The translations under genes were made by a program, and so were the position numbers. Of a DNA stretch of 64,000 nucleotides, positions 50,871 to 62,613 are shown piece after piece (position 1 is the stretch's first letter; each line of letters opens with the position of its first letter). The stretch is taken from contig CM060732.1 of NCBI GenBank assembly GCA_030704615.1, positions 40,796,001-40,860,000 of the forward strand. The letters run 5' to 3'. A model generated the notes under the pieces. The model was not told where the DNA came from and did no database searches. It saw only the letters and a program-made list of their open reading frames with translations. This DNA is from Takakia lepidozioides (Eukaryota > Plantae > Bryophyta).

Positions 50871-51675
50871 CTGTACTCACCTAGCTTATTAGGCAATAAT
50901 TAATTCAAAATCAGGTGCCTAACTATATTTAGAACATTTTTGGAAAATGTGCCAAAAACCTGGAAAAACTCCTGAGAAGTGCCTAATTGCTCAAAAATCG
51001 CTCAAAAATCCAAAATGTCCAAACATGTGGGAAAAAATGCCTAAATTATTTTATTTAAAGTCCAAAAAATGGTAAAAATGCCTACAATTTAGATTTTCAT
51101 GTCCATACAACTTCCAAAGGGCCTTGCAACATCTTCATAAGTCTCATCACCTACCTCATGTGAATCTTCTGATTCTGAGAGAAGGTTAAGGTCAGGAACA
51201 TCACGATCCTTGATATGCATGTTTGCAAGACATCAGCTAATGCTCTTAATGACACTTCCATCAAGGTAGACATCAAGAACATCCTTCATGGCAAGATCTC
51301 CTTCCACTTGGGTGTTTGGGTTTGAAAACAAAGAAAATGTAAAATTGGCTCTCATTGCCTCGCCTTGAAAGGCATCTTCAAATGCTCGTAAAATTCCACA
51401 AAGTCTCCAACTTGACAAAATCATCTCCCGTTGGCACTTCACCTCCACCCAAGACTCATACAACCAACATTATGTGTTTTTTAACCTCAACCATAGTTTT
51501 TGAGGGAGGTAAAACATAATTGTTCATCATTATCCTGGGTCGACTGAAATACATGCCTAATATTTGGAAATTACCTAGTTGAGGTGCTTAATTAATAAAA
51601 ACGAATCTGCCTAATAATATTCCATTTTTATTAATTATTAGGCGCGGAAGTGCCTAATAAGCTAGATAAGTACGG
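50871..51675. mobile_element. Tc1/mariner(pogo)-like non-autonomous element
   Basis: TA|ctgtactcacctagcttattaggca ... tgcctaataagctagataagtacgg|TA: 25-bp TIR with a TA TSD and GCCTAA subterminal motifs. Confidence 0.8.
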
Positions 51676-52259
51676 TATTGTCGGTCCTCCAATGCTTAAT
51701 ACGGCAAAGGATGTCTCAGCGGCCCGCCTAGGGCTATTTGTAATCTACTCCTACAAGGTCTCCCCTATCAGCGTCCGGGAAATATTTTGAGTTGAACCAG
51801 CCAGTGGCCGCTCATTTTCAGCACCAACCGGCTAAGTGGGTTGGGGGGTCGGCTACTGCCCCTTGGTGGTAACTTCAGGCGGTCAATTTCCTACATATTG
51901 TTTTACAACCGGTAATATTCCTTCTTCTTTTTTGTGTGTTCGGCTATAAATCCGGCCATTGTATATATCAACCGGTTCATTTCCTGCAAATGAAAAATAA
52001 ATTCGGCTGCATACAAATTCAACAAATGAACAACAATAAATAATCACAACCAATTTTAAGCAATTCAAACAAGTGCAGAAAAGTATCCTTGGCAGGAGTT
52101 GAACCTATCAATGCCCTCCACCAGTTGGAGGCCAAGGATCGAACCCTTCTAAAATGCAAGGACCTCAACCAAAAATTGAAGGGCCTTGAATTTTAGAAGC
52201 ATTACCTATCTAAACAAACAAACAAACATAAATTCAAAACTGCAAATCATCATTGGTAC

Positions 52260-54381
52260 CTTCTGCATATGATGACCCACCTTCTGGTTGTCCAGCTAAA
52301 TATAGCTCAGGATGAGAGAACAAATGTCTGAAGTTTGTGGAGTTCTTCCACAAAGATATGGCCTCAATCAAACAGGTTGACATACCTGCACACTTGGCCC
52401 TTCCAAAGCAACACGAAGCACACTTTCCAAGTTCTTTGTTTTCAACTTGTTTCGAAATTTAGTTTTGATTGAGTTTTGAACTGAGAATGCCCTCTCACAT
52501 GCGGCAGTGCTTACACATTGAACTCGAGCAATTTCAGAAAGCACAAGCAAGTTTTCATACTTCATCGTTAGAGAAGGGTTCCAAGTCACCATGCCCCAAA
52601 GATCCTTGAAAGTTTTCTCCATCCACTCGGTACTTGCCTGTAGTTTGAAAGCAAAGAACTCTCGTTTCATCGATGCTATGTCAATAAGGGCAAGCAATGT
52701 CCTTCCTGCAATCTGTCTCTCGACACCATAGTGCGCACATAAGATTTTCCAACTCTACTACACACCCCAACTTGCTAACCCCACTTGCCTAGTTGGTAGG
52801 TTACATGGACTCAATATTTTGAATGCACTTACAACTCCATTGTCCTCAAATCTGGCATCCAAAGCATTGCAAATAGCATCTGCATAAAGCTTTTGGAATG
52901 TAAGTGCTGCCTCCAAATCACCCCCCATCTTCTCTTGTGTCATTTGTACACCATGAAATTTGGATCTCCTAATCTCAGAGGCTAGCCGCCTCAAATACCC
53001 ACCAGGAGGACCAAACTCCGGGATGATGTGATAACCCGTTTCCTCATTAAAGGTGGATTGGTTCAAATCCATGCTATCCTCAATGAAAAACATTCGTATT
53101 TGTGCAATCTCTGTCTTAACTATGGACCCAATGCTGGTTACATCCACAAACTTCCATTGGAACACACGTGAGAGTAGAGATAGACCGTGCAACATATCAG
53201 CCAAGAAATACAAGACATAAATCATTTTGAATGACCTTAGCTTGTTATACAAAAGAGGGGCTGATCCATCATCCTTGGCAGCCGGCACATCTCTGAAATA
53301 CGTGAGAACACTCTCAAGACTATCACAAAGCAATGTCACGGCCTGCCACCTAGATAACCAACGAATCTTGTGAAACCTTTTGAGGCACTTCTGAGCATCA
53401 TTAAGCTCGGTCTGCAAAGCTTGCAAGGCTGCCTTACGCTTAGATGATTTGCGAAAATGACCAGCAAGAGAGTTCAAAAGTGTGTCAACCTCATTTGAAA
53501 TAAGATGACATGGTGATGTCTTGGCAGCTTCTAATGTTGCCAAGTTGGTCCTATGTGCTACGCAATGGACGGCCAACATAAAGGGGTTTACCTTTTGCTT
53601 AAGACGAGCAGCCACGCCGGATCGAGCCCCCCACCATGGTTGCTGCCCCATCCGAACCAAACCCCAAAAACTTATCTAGATCCAAACCCCACTCTTTCAA
53701 ACTAGTTAGTAAACACTCATATATCATTGCGGCATCCTTCTTGCCATCAATAATCTGAAGTAACCCCAAAAAACAGAGTGACTGGCAAACCCTCTTCAAC
53801 AAAAGAAGCAAAAACAACAAGATGACCGGTCACTGAAATGTCAGTTGACTCATCTATCATGATTCCATAGTACTTGGAATCCTTCACTCTATCCAACATT
53901 TTTTTCTGAACAACACATGAGATACAAAACAATATATCAGCACATGACTTCTCATCATGGTACAGTTTCTGGGTAATACAAGCTTTGAGAGTAACCAAAA
54001 GTTGACACAAACCTGGAAATTTGCTAAATGGCAAGGCCTCCAAACCAATGTAGTAAGCAGCTTGGAAAAGAGCCAAAACAGCATCATCACAAGCTCGGTT
54101 AGCACTAGCTATGGCTTTTCTCCATGGCTTTCTTACCAGATTGTAGGGCCCCAAGACAACTTACGATGCTCTTCTGACCTAGCATGGTCTTGGAATGAAC
54201 TCACCTTGACATTGACAGAACCAGCATTTGCAAAGACTGTCCTCCCTCCTTTCCCCCTACAACCTTTACAAAAACCCCTACCTAGATCATGGTTAAACTC
54301 AATCCAATCAAATTGAGTGTACCAAGCATCTTTCCATGCTTTCTGGGCTGCCTCTTCATGTAACCCAATGTAACCCCACAT
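52260..54381 (-). pseudogene. hAT transposase (ZNF862/ZMYM1-like), frameshifted
   Basis: Consecutive frames give a TTF-type zinc finger (W..QFDW..FCKGC..DHARSEEH), IMIDESTD, GSDGAATMVG, HCVAHRTNL, RWLSR and STAACERAFS. It carries several frameshifts and stops. CCGG subterminal motifs lie at 51770-52010. Confidence 0.9.
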
Positions 54382-54683
54382 GGAGTTACACGCCTCGTTG
54401 TGTAACCCAGTGTAACCCCGACTAGAGTTTACACTCCTTCAGTTCCATGTCACTCTCAAGAGAGGGTGGGGAAAATTTGAGGTGCCGGAAACCGGCGTAC
54501 CATCCTGTTAGAGGTTGCACGTGTGAATTAAGTTCTTACATTATTCCTATTATCTTCCGAAAATAAATACTCAACTTTTGGAACCACCGGCAACTCTTGG
54601 GCCTAGTTGTGAGAGACCGCCGCATTCGTGTACAGCTAGGAACAACCGGTCGTGGTACTTTCGATTTGAGTCCCAACAACTTA

Positions 54684-55141
54684 GGGCCAACTTCCATGTC
54701 TCAGCCAAATCGGCCAAGTTATCCAAAGTTTGCCGACGTCGGTGGAGCATCGACTGGTGGCATGGATGGTTGATTTTATGTGCATAGGGTTCAAAAGTAA
54801 TCGGAAACAGGTCTGCATCGCTGTCCAAGGCCCGGACCAATTGAGCATGTCACTTGGCAAAGGGTGGGTCCCGCGGGAGTCAAGAGAGATGAGCAATAAT
54901 GAGCAATGTGCACAAAGGTGACCTTCACAGCAGGTAGAAGAGACATGGTAACCCAGTACAACAGGTGAAAAACGATTACCGATATCGGCCATGAACTCTG
55001 GCGCCAAATTCCCAGGTATTGCGCTCACCGATGTCGGTCACCGATATCTGGGCGCCGGCTAAAATTAACGCATGGAAGCAAGTCGTCATTTTTGTCATCT
55101 AGTATCAACTTGGCCGAATGCCGATACATGGAAGTTGGCCC
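54684..55141. mobile_element. PIF/Harbinger-like MITE
   Basis: TTA|gggccaacttccatgt..tcggccaagtt ... aacttggccga..acatggaagttggccc|TTT. Confidence 0.75.
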
Positions 55142-55359
55142 TTTTAGGTTGAAAGAGTTGAATGGAGGGGTGTGTAGTTAATTTTGCAGCTTAGGCGACT
55201 CAGTTGGAGTCGCAATCTATAGTACTCAACCCATTCATCTAGGGTCACTCATCACTTGAGCAATTGATTTTTTGAAGTGAAGCTGATCAGTTGAGAATGA
55301 ACTTAGTAAAGATTTCAGCACTTGCGTCCTAAATCAAGTTTCCGCATTTAGTTTGAGCT

Positions 55360-55592
55360 TACTACCAACAGTCAGTAGCTCAATTGGATACGTAGTGCAC
55401 TGAGTGCCACCCAGATGGTTCTAGCGTCGAATCCTGCTACCCTTGACGGGTGTGGTATGTTCTTCTCCCCCTTCCCTTGGGCAGTGTCCCCCTTCATGGC
55501 GAGGTTACTGTTAAAGAGGTTTTTTTCTCCTCTCACTATAATTAATGGGCCTGAATTGTGAGTTGTCGCTCCCAGGTGTTTCCTTTTTGGAA
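55360..55592 (+). mobile_element. tRNA-derived SINE-like element
   Basis: TAGCTCAATTGG (A box) and GTCGAATCC (B-box-like). The 3' part ctctcactat..aatgggcctga..tgtcgctcc.aggtgtttcc also occurs at 17890-17942. Confidence 0.6.
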
Positions 55593-55734
55593 ACACTTTG
55601 TGTCACTTGTCTTCATGTTGTAATGACGACAGGGTTATATTACATCAACGAGATGTGGTGTAAAAAGACGGGCCTACGCAATAAGCCCTAGTTACTAACC
55701 TTTCACCTAGAGTTCATGTTCATACCCGTTACAT

Positions 55735-55955
55735 GCTACCCTGCAGTGGAAGAGAAAAGGAAACATGAACGGTTCCTTCAGTTCATCATCAGAGTTATTC
55801 AAGATACCAACTTCACACCGACACCTGTTGCCCTGCAGTGGAAGAGAAAATGAAACAGGAACGGTTCCTTCAGTTCATCATCATAGTTATTCAAGATACC
55901 AACTTCACACCCGATATCTGCTGCCCTACATCGGAAGAGAAAAGGAAACAGGCTC
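55735..55955. repeat. Tandem repeat of about 92 bp, three copies
   Basis: ccctgcagtggaagagaaaaggaaaca and variants at about 55738, 55831 and 55924. Confidence 0.8.
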
Positions 55956-56307
55956 GGTCACTCTAAATCAACGGTAAGCAATTGCAAATGCCAGTAGCTT
56001 ATCGTTGGTGCAGCAAAATCACCACTAAGGGATGCATTCCCATGAGATGTCATCATCCACTAGCACTCAGTATTCCCTTTTCACCATGAGGCCACAGTAT
56101 ACATTCAGCCCCTTGTCTCTCACATTATTTATTTATTTTTCCTCTCTCACTCATCATTTGTTCCTTCCCTCATTTGCCCAGCCTTCAAGTAGATTCAACA
56201 GAGGCTGGCCCAGGACCATAACGCCACATTCGCAAATTGCACACCCATGAACATCTAGGGAGCAGAGTAACAACACATCCCTATCACCAACAGTTCTAAA
56301 GTGTGAG

Positions 56308-59300
56308 CTAGCAAGCTACCTCTACAGCAAAGAACTCAGAAAGTGAACACATTAGACATCTCATAAGTGTGCATCTCACAGGACGTTGAATGGTTGGAGT
56401 TACAACAGATGAAACCAAAACGGGTTGAGTATTTTGAAGTGCAGAGAGACGTGCTGCATACAACGTCTGGTCCCCCTCAAGACCAAATACGTGACGTCCA
56501 GACTCGCGAGCAGCAATAAATGTAGAACCTGCAGGAAAAAAACATGTAATGATGATATTATATCGGATAACAATTAATGATCATGAATCAGCTCAGAAGA
56601 TTTTAATTACAAAATGGAGACCAATGCAAACATGTGCCAGCTGTGAGATCCAAAATGCGGGAGCCAGGAGGTGAGCATGTCTCCAACAACACTTGCATGA
56701 AGGCGGGACTACGGTCTCGCGCACCCCTCCAGGCTTGTTGAGGAGTTTGCATGGGTAGTGCAACATCTGGAATGTGGTTGTAGATGGCATCCAACTCAAC
56801 AGGGTCTGCAAGGGGGTCCACAACTTTGCCAGACTCACGCAGTTTGAATAGTCCTCCTTGCTTGGTGAGGACATGGGCGTGGAAGAACATGGTCTGTAAG
56901 ACGTGTCATTTCCACAAAAATAGTGCACCCGGATGGTTTAATAATATGTATGAGAGTAGGAAGATGAAACATCAAACAATGAGATATTGAAGAGGATGAT
57001 TTTTACCTTTCCTGTCTGAGTGTGTAGAGGGGTGGTATTGATGCAAGTATATTTCCTTGATAATACGGAAATAGAGCTGCCCCTGGAGTAAGAAAAGAGC
57101 TCCAATGCAAAGGAATCATCGGAGCCCTGCAAGAACACCAAGCATCCATTGTCATCCAACAGGTCATTAGCAATGGAGAATGCATACTCCCAATACCGTT
57201 TATCAAAAGCATTCCAGGGAGGAACCTGTACACCATCCAAACAGCCCTGTACAGGCATTCCTGTTGGGCAGTCCACGATGATCATGTCCACAGCCACATG
57301 CACGTTTTTTCCATCCACAACACTAGACCAAGTTCCTGGCAACTGCAAACAACATACAGAAAATGTAGGAGTCAATAGCCGGATGATGAGGATATAAAAA
57401 CATCGAAGAATTCCTTACATTCAAGTTTGTTTGTTGGGGGAAACTCACATTTTTTAAGAACTCCATGAGCTCTTTCAAGGTCGCATCAGGAGATGTACTT
57501 GAGGCCTCCACCATATCAATGAAATGAGTAGGCATGATCTTCATGTGATACATGCTAGGTGCACCACCAGAAAATGACACTGCACTGTAAGGATGTTCGC
57601 CTGCCTTTGGCTTGTTTCCTCGAGTAGTAGGTGCAGGCACTACAACCAACTGATTTGAAGGATGTGAAGAACTACCAATAGGACCAGCAATAGAAGCCAC
57701 ACCTGCATTGGGGGCCACACCTGCATTGACATCCGCACCTTTTCTTTTTCGTGATTTGCGTTTTGGTACACCCACAACGGCAGGGACCACTTGGGCTACA
57801 GCGTCAGCGGCCTGTGTAGCAATCTGTTCTGCATGCTCCAGATCAAGAACAGGGACTTCAGTGGAGATACCCCCTTCATCACTCACTGACTGCCTGCGAA
57901 CACATTCCTTATGAAGTCCCATTTCTGCATAGGGGATAGTACCCTTGGGCATATCCAAATACCAACCCCCCCCTTCCCGGTGTTCCACACCCCAATCTTC
58001 CTCAATTGCAGGTGTGTACATGGAAGCTTGTTGAGCACCAAACTTCCAGGCCATCAGAAACTTGGGCTCAGCCTTAAGTCGATCACTCGGTACAAGCACA
58101 AATCTCATGTACCTAAAATACAAACACATTCAAAGTTATTGTGGAGACAAATATTTATGCAACCTGTTCAACAATTGAACAAGCACATTAAGAAACATGT
58201 ATATCCCAATGTACTAGAAAAATACTTGAATACTTACAAGGTGTATACACTATCCATGTACAATGCAATGGAAAGATGGTACCTGAATAAAATCCGTCTC
58301 ACCACCTTCTCCCCACCTGTTTGTTGTTCCCAATCATTGCCTCTGAATGGCCCCTTTGGCAATGAGAACTCTCTATGAAACAACTCATTGAAATGAGTCA
58401 TCTTCCATGTATCCATGTAGTCTCCCAGACTCTCACTCTCTCCTTCCTCCAAGGCAACATGAAATTGGCCAAGCTGAGTGGTGTACAAGGCAAACTGAGC
58501 CAAGGCAACCTTGCGAAGCTGCCAGAAAATACAGTCAGTTAAATAACTATGTTAATGTGTCATCAACAAAATGAATTAATTGCATTGAGAAGATAGTGAT
58601 TGTATATGTACCTGCCACCAAAAAGTCCTTCTATTCAGCCAAGGATCAAGTGTTGGCCCACTGATAGGCCCGGGTGGAAAAAAATTACGGTCGTGAAGTG
58701 TTTGGTCTCCATTCCATATATGTAGCCATTCCACCTTTTCTTCAGGATCCACCCGGGCGGTAGCAATGTTCACCATTTTCTCTTGGGTCATTTCCTCTGA
58801 TCCTGCCTTTACACGTGACCAATGCAGTTTAAGTTCTTGGAGAAACCCCTCTCCAAGGGTTGGATCAGCAATAGGAAGCAACTTCACAAGCTGACTCTTG
58901 TGTTGCTCCCTTGCTTTCAATCCAGCCTGTCTCATTGTATCTTCAAGGCCCTCTTGACTCTTTGGCCCCTCAGCAAGTTTGTAAGCTTCCCCCGCCATGC
59001 GTTGGGCCTCAACAATATCATGCTGCCAAAAGAACCAAAACAGTTCATAACATGAACCAGAGGTGAATCTTGTCTATGGATGCAAAGAATGAAACTTGGT
59101 TAAGACATGATGTTACCTTGTACAAAATCTCTGTCATTGCATGGACTGTCAGGTTATACCAAGTCTTTCCTGCTTTCTTGATGCATTCGTCGTATTGCTC
59201 TTTCCTCAATACATTCTTCCATTCAGAGACAGGTGTAAGGCCAATCATATTGACCTTGCAAACCAAGTGCACAAATTTGGATGTAACATGTGCCCTCTCT

Positions 59301-61549
59301 GTTGCCCTGCACATATAAAATATGATCATTAGAAAGAAGATGTGTATATGTACATCCATTGAGCAAGAACATGACAACATTGAACATGAAAGTAAATGAA
59401 GAATAGAAAGGAAACTCACACATTCACTCCATCCATGATGGACCTGAGGGAACCACGATTTTCAATGTCCGCATTGAGCACCCAACTTGTCACACAGACA
59501 TGTCTTGACAAGTTGGCCCCATGAACTTCATTGATATAGGGATACCATGCTTGAAGCCTATGATTCCCATCCCAGACATGAAACATCTTCCCCCGAAGAT
59601 GATGCAACTTTGGCTTGGACTCAAGATACTTCTCAAACTCATCATTGACTGTTTTCCAATGACTATCCCATGTAGAGATGATATCAGGACCTACATCTAC
59701 AGTAGATCCATCAATCCCCTCAACAGAAACATAGAACACGGCTGCTCCTGGATGGTATCCAGAATAGAAGTCTCCTCTAAGCTTTAGGATGTCGTTGGCA
59801 AGGGCGGGCCTAACAACCTGCATAGAAATCATGCGACACAATGGAATGTCCATAACTCCATCCTCAATGAGGAGGGACCTGAAAGTTACATTCAGATCTT
59901 GTTTCTTTTCCAGAATAATTGCCTGTTTGGCATCTAGAGAAAGAGGATCACTAGATGTTGTATCCTCTTCATACTCATCTGCCCCCCAATTCCCTGCATC
60001 AATGTCGTCAATAATGGTTGCAAGCGTCCCGGCCTCCACAGCTTCAGTTGTAGTAGTAATTTCCTAATTCCATAGACCAAAACAGTTCAAGATGTCAGTG
60101 TATGAGAAGAGCACATGTGTGAATGTATAATATGTAAAAAGAGCAGTTCAGTGTCATGGTTGCATGAAGAAAACAAATGAATTTGGATAGTCAACTAATT
60201 CCATGAATATCCTTGTCTTTCAAAGCTTACAACTTGGAGCAGAATACAGGCGTGAGCATCCCGACAGAGGACCTCCGACCACCTACGCCGGCGCATATGA
60301 CACATATGTGCAACCAACTCAAAATTTGACAAGATTTGAGGCCCTTGAAGAAATTTTTGCTCAAGGAGCTCCAAGCATATGCGCCGGCGCATACCATGGA
60401 AGGGAGGTTGTAGCCAAACATACAGGAGCACCTTGAAACTAGGCCTATGGAAGCATGTGGAGTTGTGGAGGTGGCAACGTAGAAGCTTTGAGATACTTGA
60501 ATACTGTGATCAACCAAAATAGGGAAGGTTCCCCAAGCGTCTGCGCCGACGGAGGTGGCAGCCTCGACACTTTGGAGCTTACGTAACACAAGGAATATAC
60601 AACAAAAAACCAAGCTCCAAGCATCTCCGCCGGCGGAGATGCTTGCATGAGGTTCCTGAAACCTAGGAGCTAAGCAAAAAAAGATTGTGCTCAATGGGTA
60701 TGCGCCGGCGGATATGGCAGCCCAGCCCGCTCGGAGCATCAACAACTTATGAGAATGCGGAGAAACAAAAGAGATGGAAGGGGGGGAGAACTTCCTGAAA
60801 TATGTGAGCAGCCCTGCTGCACGGGTCTGTGTTGACAGAGGTGGCAGCCTTGGCGCTTTGGAGCTTCCGTAACACAGGGAATATGCAAAAAAAACCAAGC
60901 TCCAAGTGTCTCCGCCGGTGGAGACGCTTGCAGGAGGTTCCTGAAACCTATGATCTGAGCAAAAAAAATGTACTCAATGGGTATGCGCCGGCGGATATGC
61001 CAGCGCAGCCCACTCGGAGCATCAGCATGCGGAAAAACAAAGAAGATGGAAAAGGGGAGAACTTCCTGAAACATTTGAGCAGCCCTGCTGCACAGGTATG
61101 CGCCAGCGGATACGCCAGCCCAACCCGCTCGGAGCATCAGCAACGTATGAGCATGCAAAAAAATAAACGGGATGGGAGTAGAGGAGCACTTCCTGAAACA
61201 TGCGAGCATCCCAGCTCCAACGGTATGCGCCGGCGGAGGTGGCAGCCCAGCCCTTCCAAGCATCAGAAAAAACCAAGGGGAATGAGCTGTCTCCGCCTCC
61301 GGCGGAGACGGTTGTGTGTATGTGTGGAGATTCGCAAACTTGTGAGACTTGAAGTGACTTAGGCATCTGCGCCGGCGGAGGTGCTAGATAAGGAGCAGCT
61401 TGGTGGGGCTTATGCGATGGCGCATATGCCTAAGTGCAGGTCATGAAAAAAACAAAACTACAGCTTACCTTCTCCGTCCGCAGCTTGCTTCTACCACCAC
61501 CACCACCACCAGCAACGCCTCCCCCTCGAGTGTCCTTCTTCCTCCCCAT
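56308..61549 (-). CDS. ParB/Srx-like domain plus beta-class N4C/N6A DNA methyltransferase-fold protein (about 1000 aa, 9 exons)
   Basis: Exons 61549-61469, 60063-59420, 59306-59117, 59022-58612, 58518-58283, 58112-57449, 57342-57007, 56893-56632 and 56528-(56308), all GT-AG with matching phases and no stops. Motifs are KMFHVWDGNHRLQAW (ParB-like), VDMIIVDCPTG (motif IV-like), LLDDNGCLVF, and RSPAFMQVLLETCSPPGSRILDLTAGT-CSTFIAARESGRHVFGLEGD (motifs X-I-II). The 3' end is uncertain. Confidence 0.8.
60270..61390. repeat. Intronic repeat array with CGCCGGCG palindromes and duplications of about 285 bp
   Basis: Seven exact CGCCGGCG and about four variants. The 60550-60830 block is largely repeated at 60835-61095. 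Confidence 0.85.
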
Positions 61550-62613
61550 CGCCGCAACAGCTCGTTGCCTCGGGGTGGTATAGTATAAGGCCGAGATGCG
61601 GCGCCTCCGTCTCCTCTTCGCAACGGGAGTCTCCAGGGTGTAGAGACTAGAGACGTGTTAAGTGCTTGTGTAGTTTGTGTGTGTTTGTTTGGGGGAGTGG
61701 CAAGGGATAATGTGCAAGTATACTAGACTACGTTAGTGTAGTAATGATACCGGGTTAGTCATGTAGTAATGGCAACAAGTTTAACTGAAAGAAACAGTTT
61801 ATTAACAAAAAAGTAGAGGTTGTTTCATTGAATAGAGCATGGCTTGTTGGTAAGGTTGTGGTGTATTTTCCACTAGGTTGCGGGTTCAAACCTGCCCCCG
61901 CCAAGGAGAGCGGGGGGAAAGGGGGCCTTAGCGAAGGCTAAGGCCTTAAAAAGGCCAAATTGGCCAAATCTGAAATGTGAACATTTTTTATACACTCTGG
62001 CGTTAGTGTTTTTTGGACTACATGGGTTACACGTGGATCCTCAGAAGATGGTTGTACGATTGACATGTTACTTTGTGGCGGCGCCTTCATAATACAATAT
62101 AAAGTAAGTGATAAAGTAACTAAATATTTTGTTATGGGTGTCTTAATCAATTTATTGGTTTTAGAGCCAATTGTCGCCACAAATACTTGTACTCATTACT
62201 CATACATGAGTAATCAAAGAACAAATCAACATACATGTCATGGGATTTGATTGTAAATAAATTGTGCCGTCTAGTGTGTCAGTTCATAGTTGGACGATTA
62301 ATCAACGATTGGTTGTAAAATAAATGGAAACATGCAGAGCATTTATGTTTCATATGCTCATAAGAAGAAGGCAGTACATTGGATTCTAAGATCTCAACAA
62401 CGGCGCCGTCGTCTTAAAAATAGGGGATAGTCCATTTAGTTGTTTCTGTCAGAGAATAATATGGATGGAGCACATGCCTCAAAAAATTTGGACCTTCTGG
62501 ATTGATGATACACATAAGTAATGTAAGCCATTTAATGTATTTGCATAAGGTCTTGCAAGATGTGCGCTTTCATTCATTTTGCATCTTCTCTCAAACTTTG
62601 AGGGCATTGCCAA

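Noticed and set aside
55370-55440. Possible tRNA gene (also 16610-16680)
   Set aside because: No complete cloverleaf is evident and the sequence is attached to repeated tails, so SINE heads explain it better.
51729-55690. TAGGGCT ... AGCCCTA as the ends of the hAT element
   Set aside because: Only about 7 bp match and there is no 8-bp TSD.
60227-61366. Overlapping 114-223 aa ORFs on both strands
   Set aside because: They are by-products of the GC-rich intronic repeat array.
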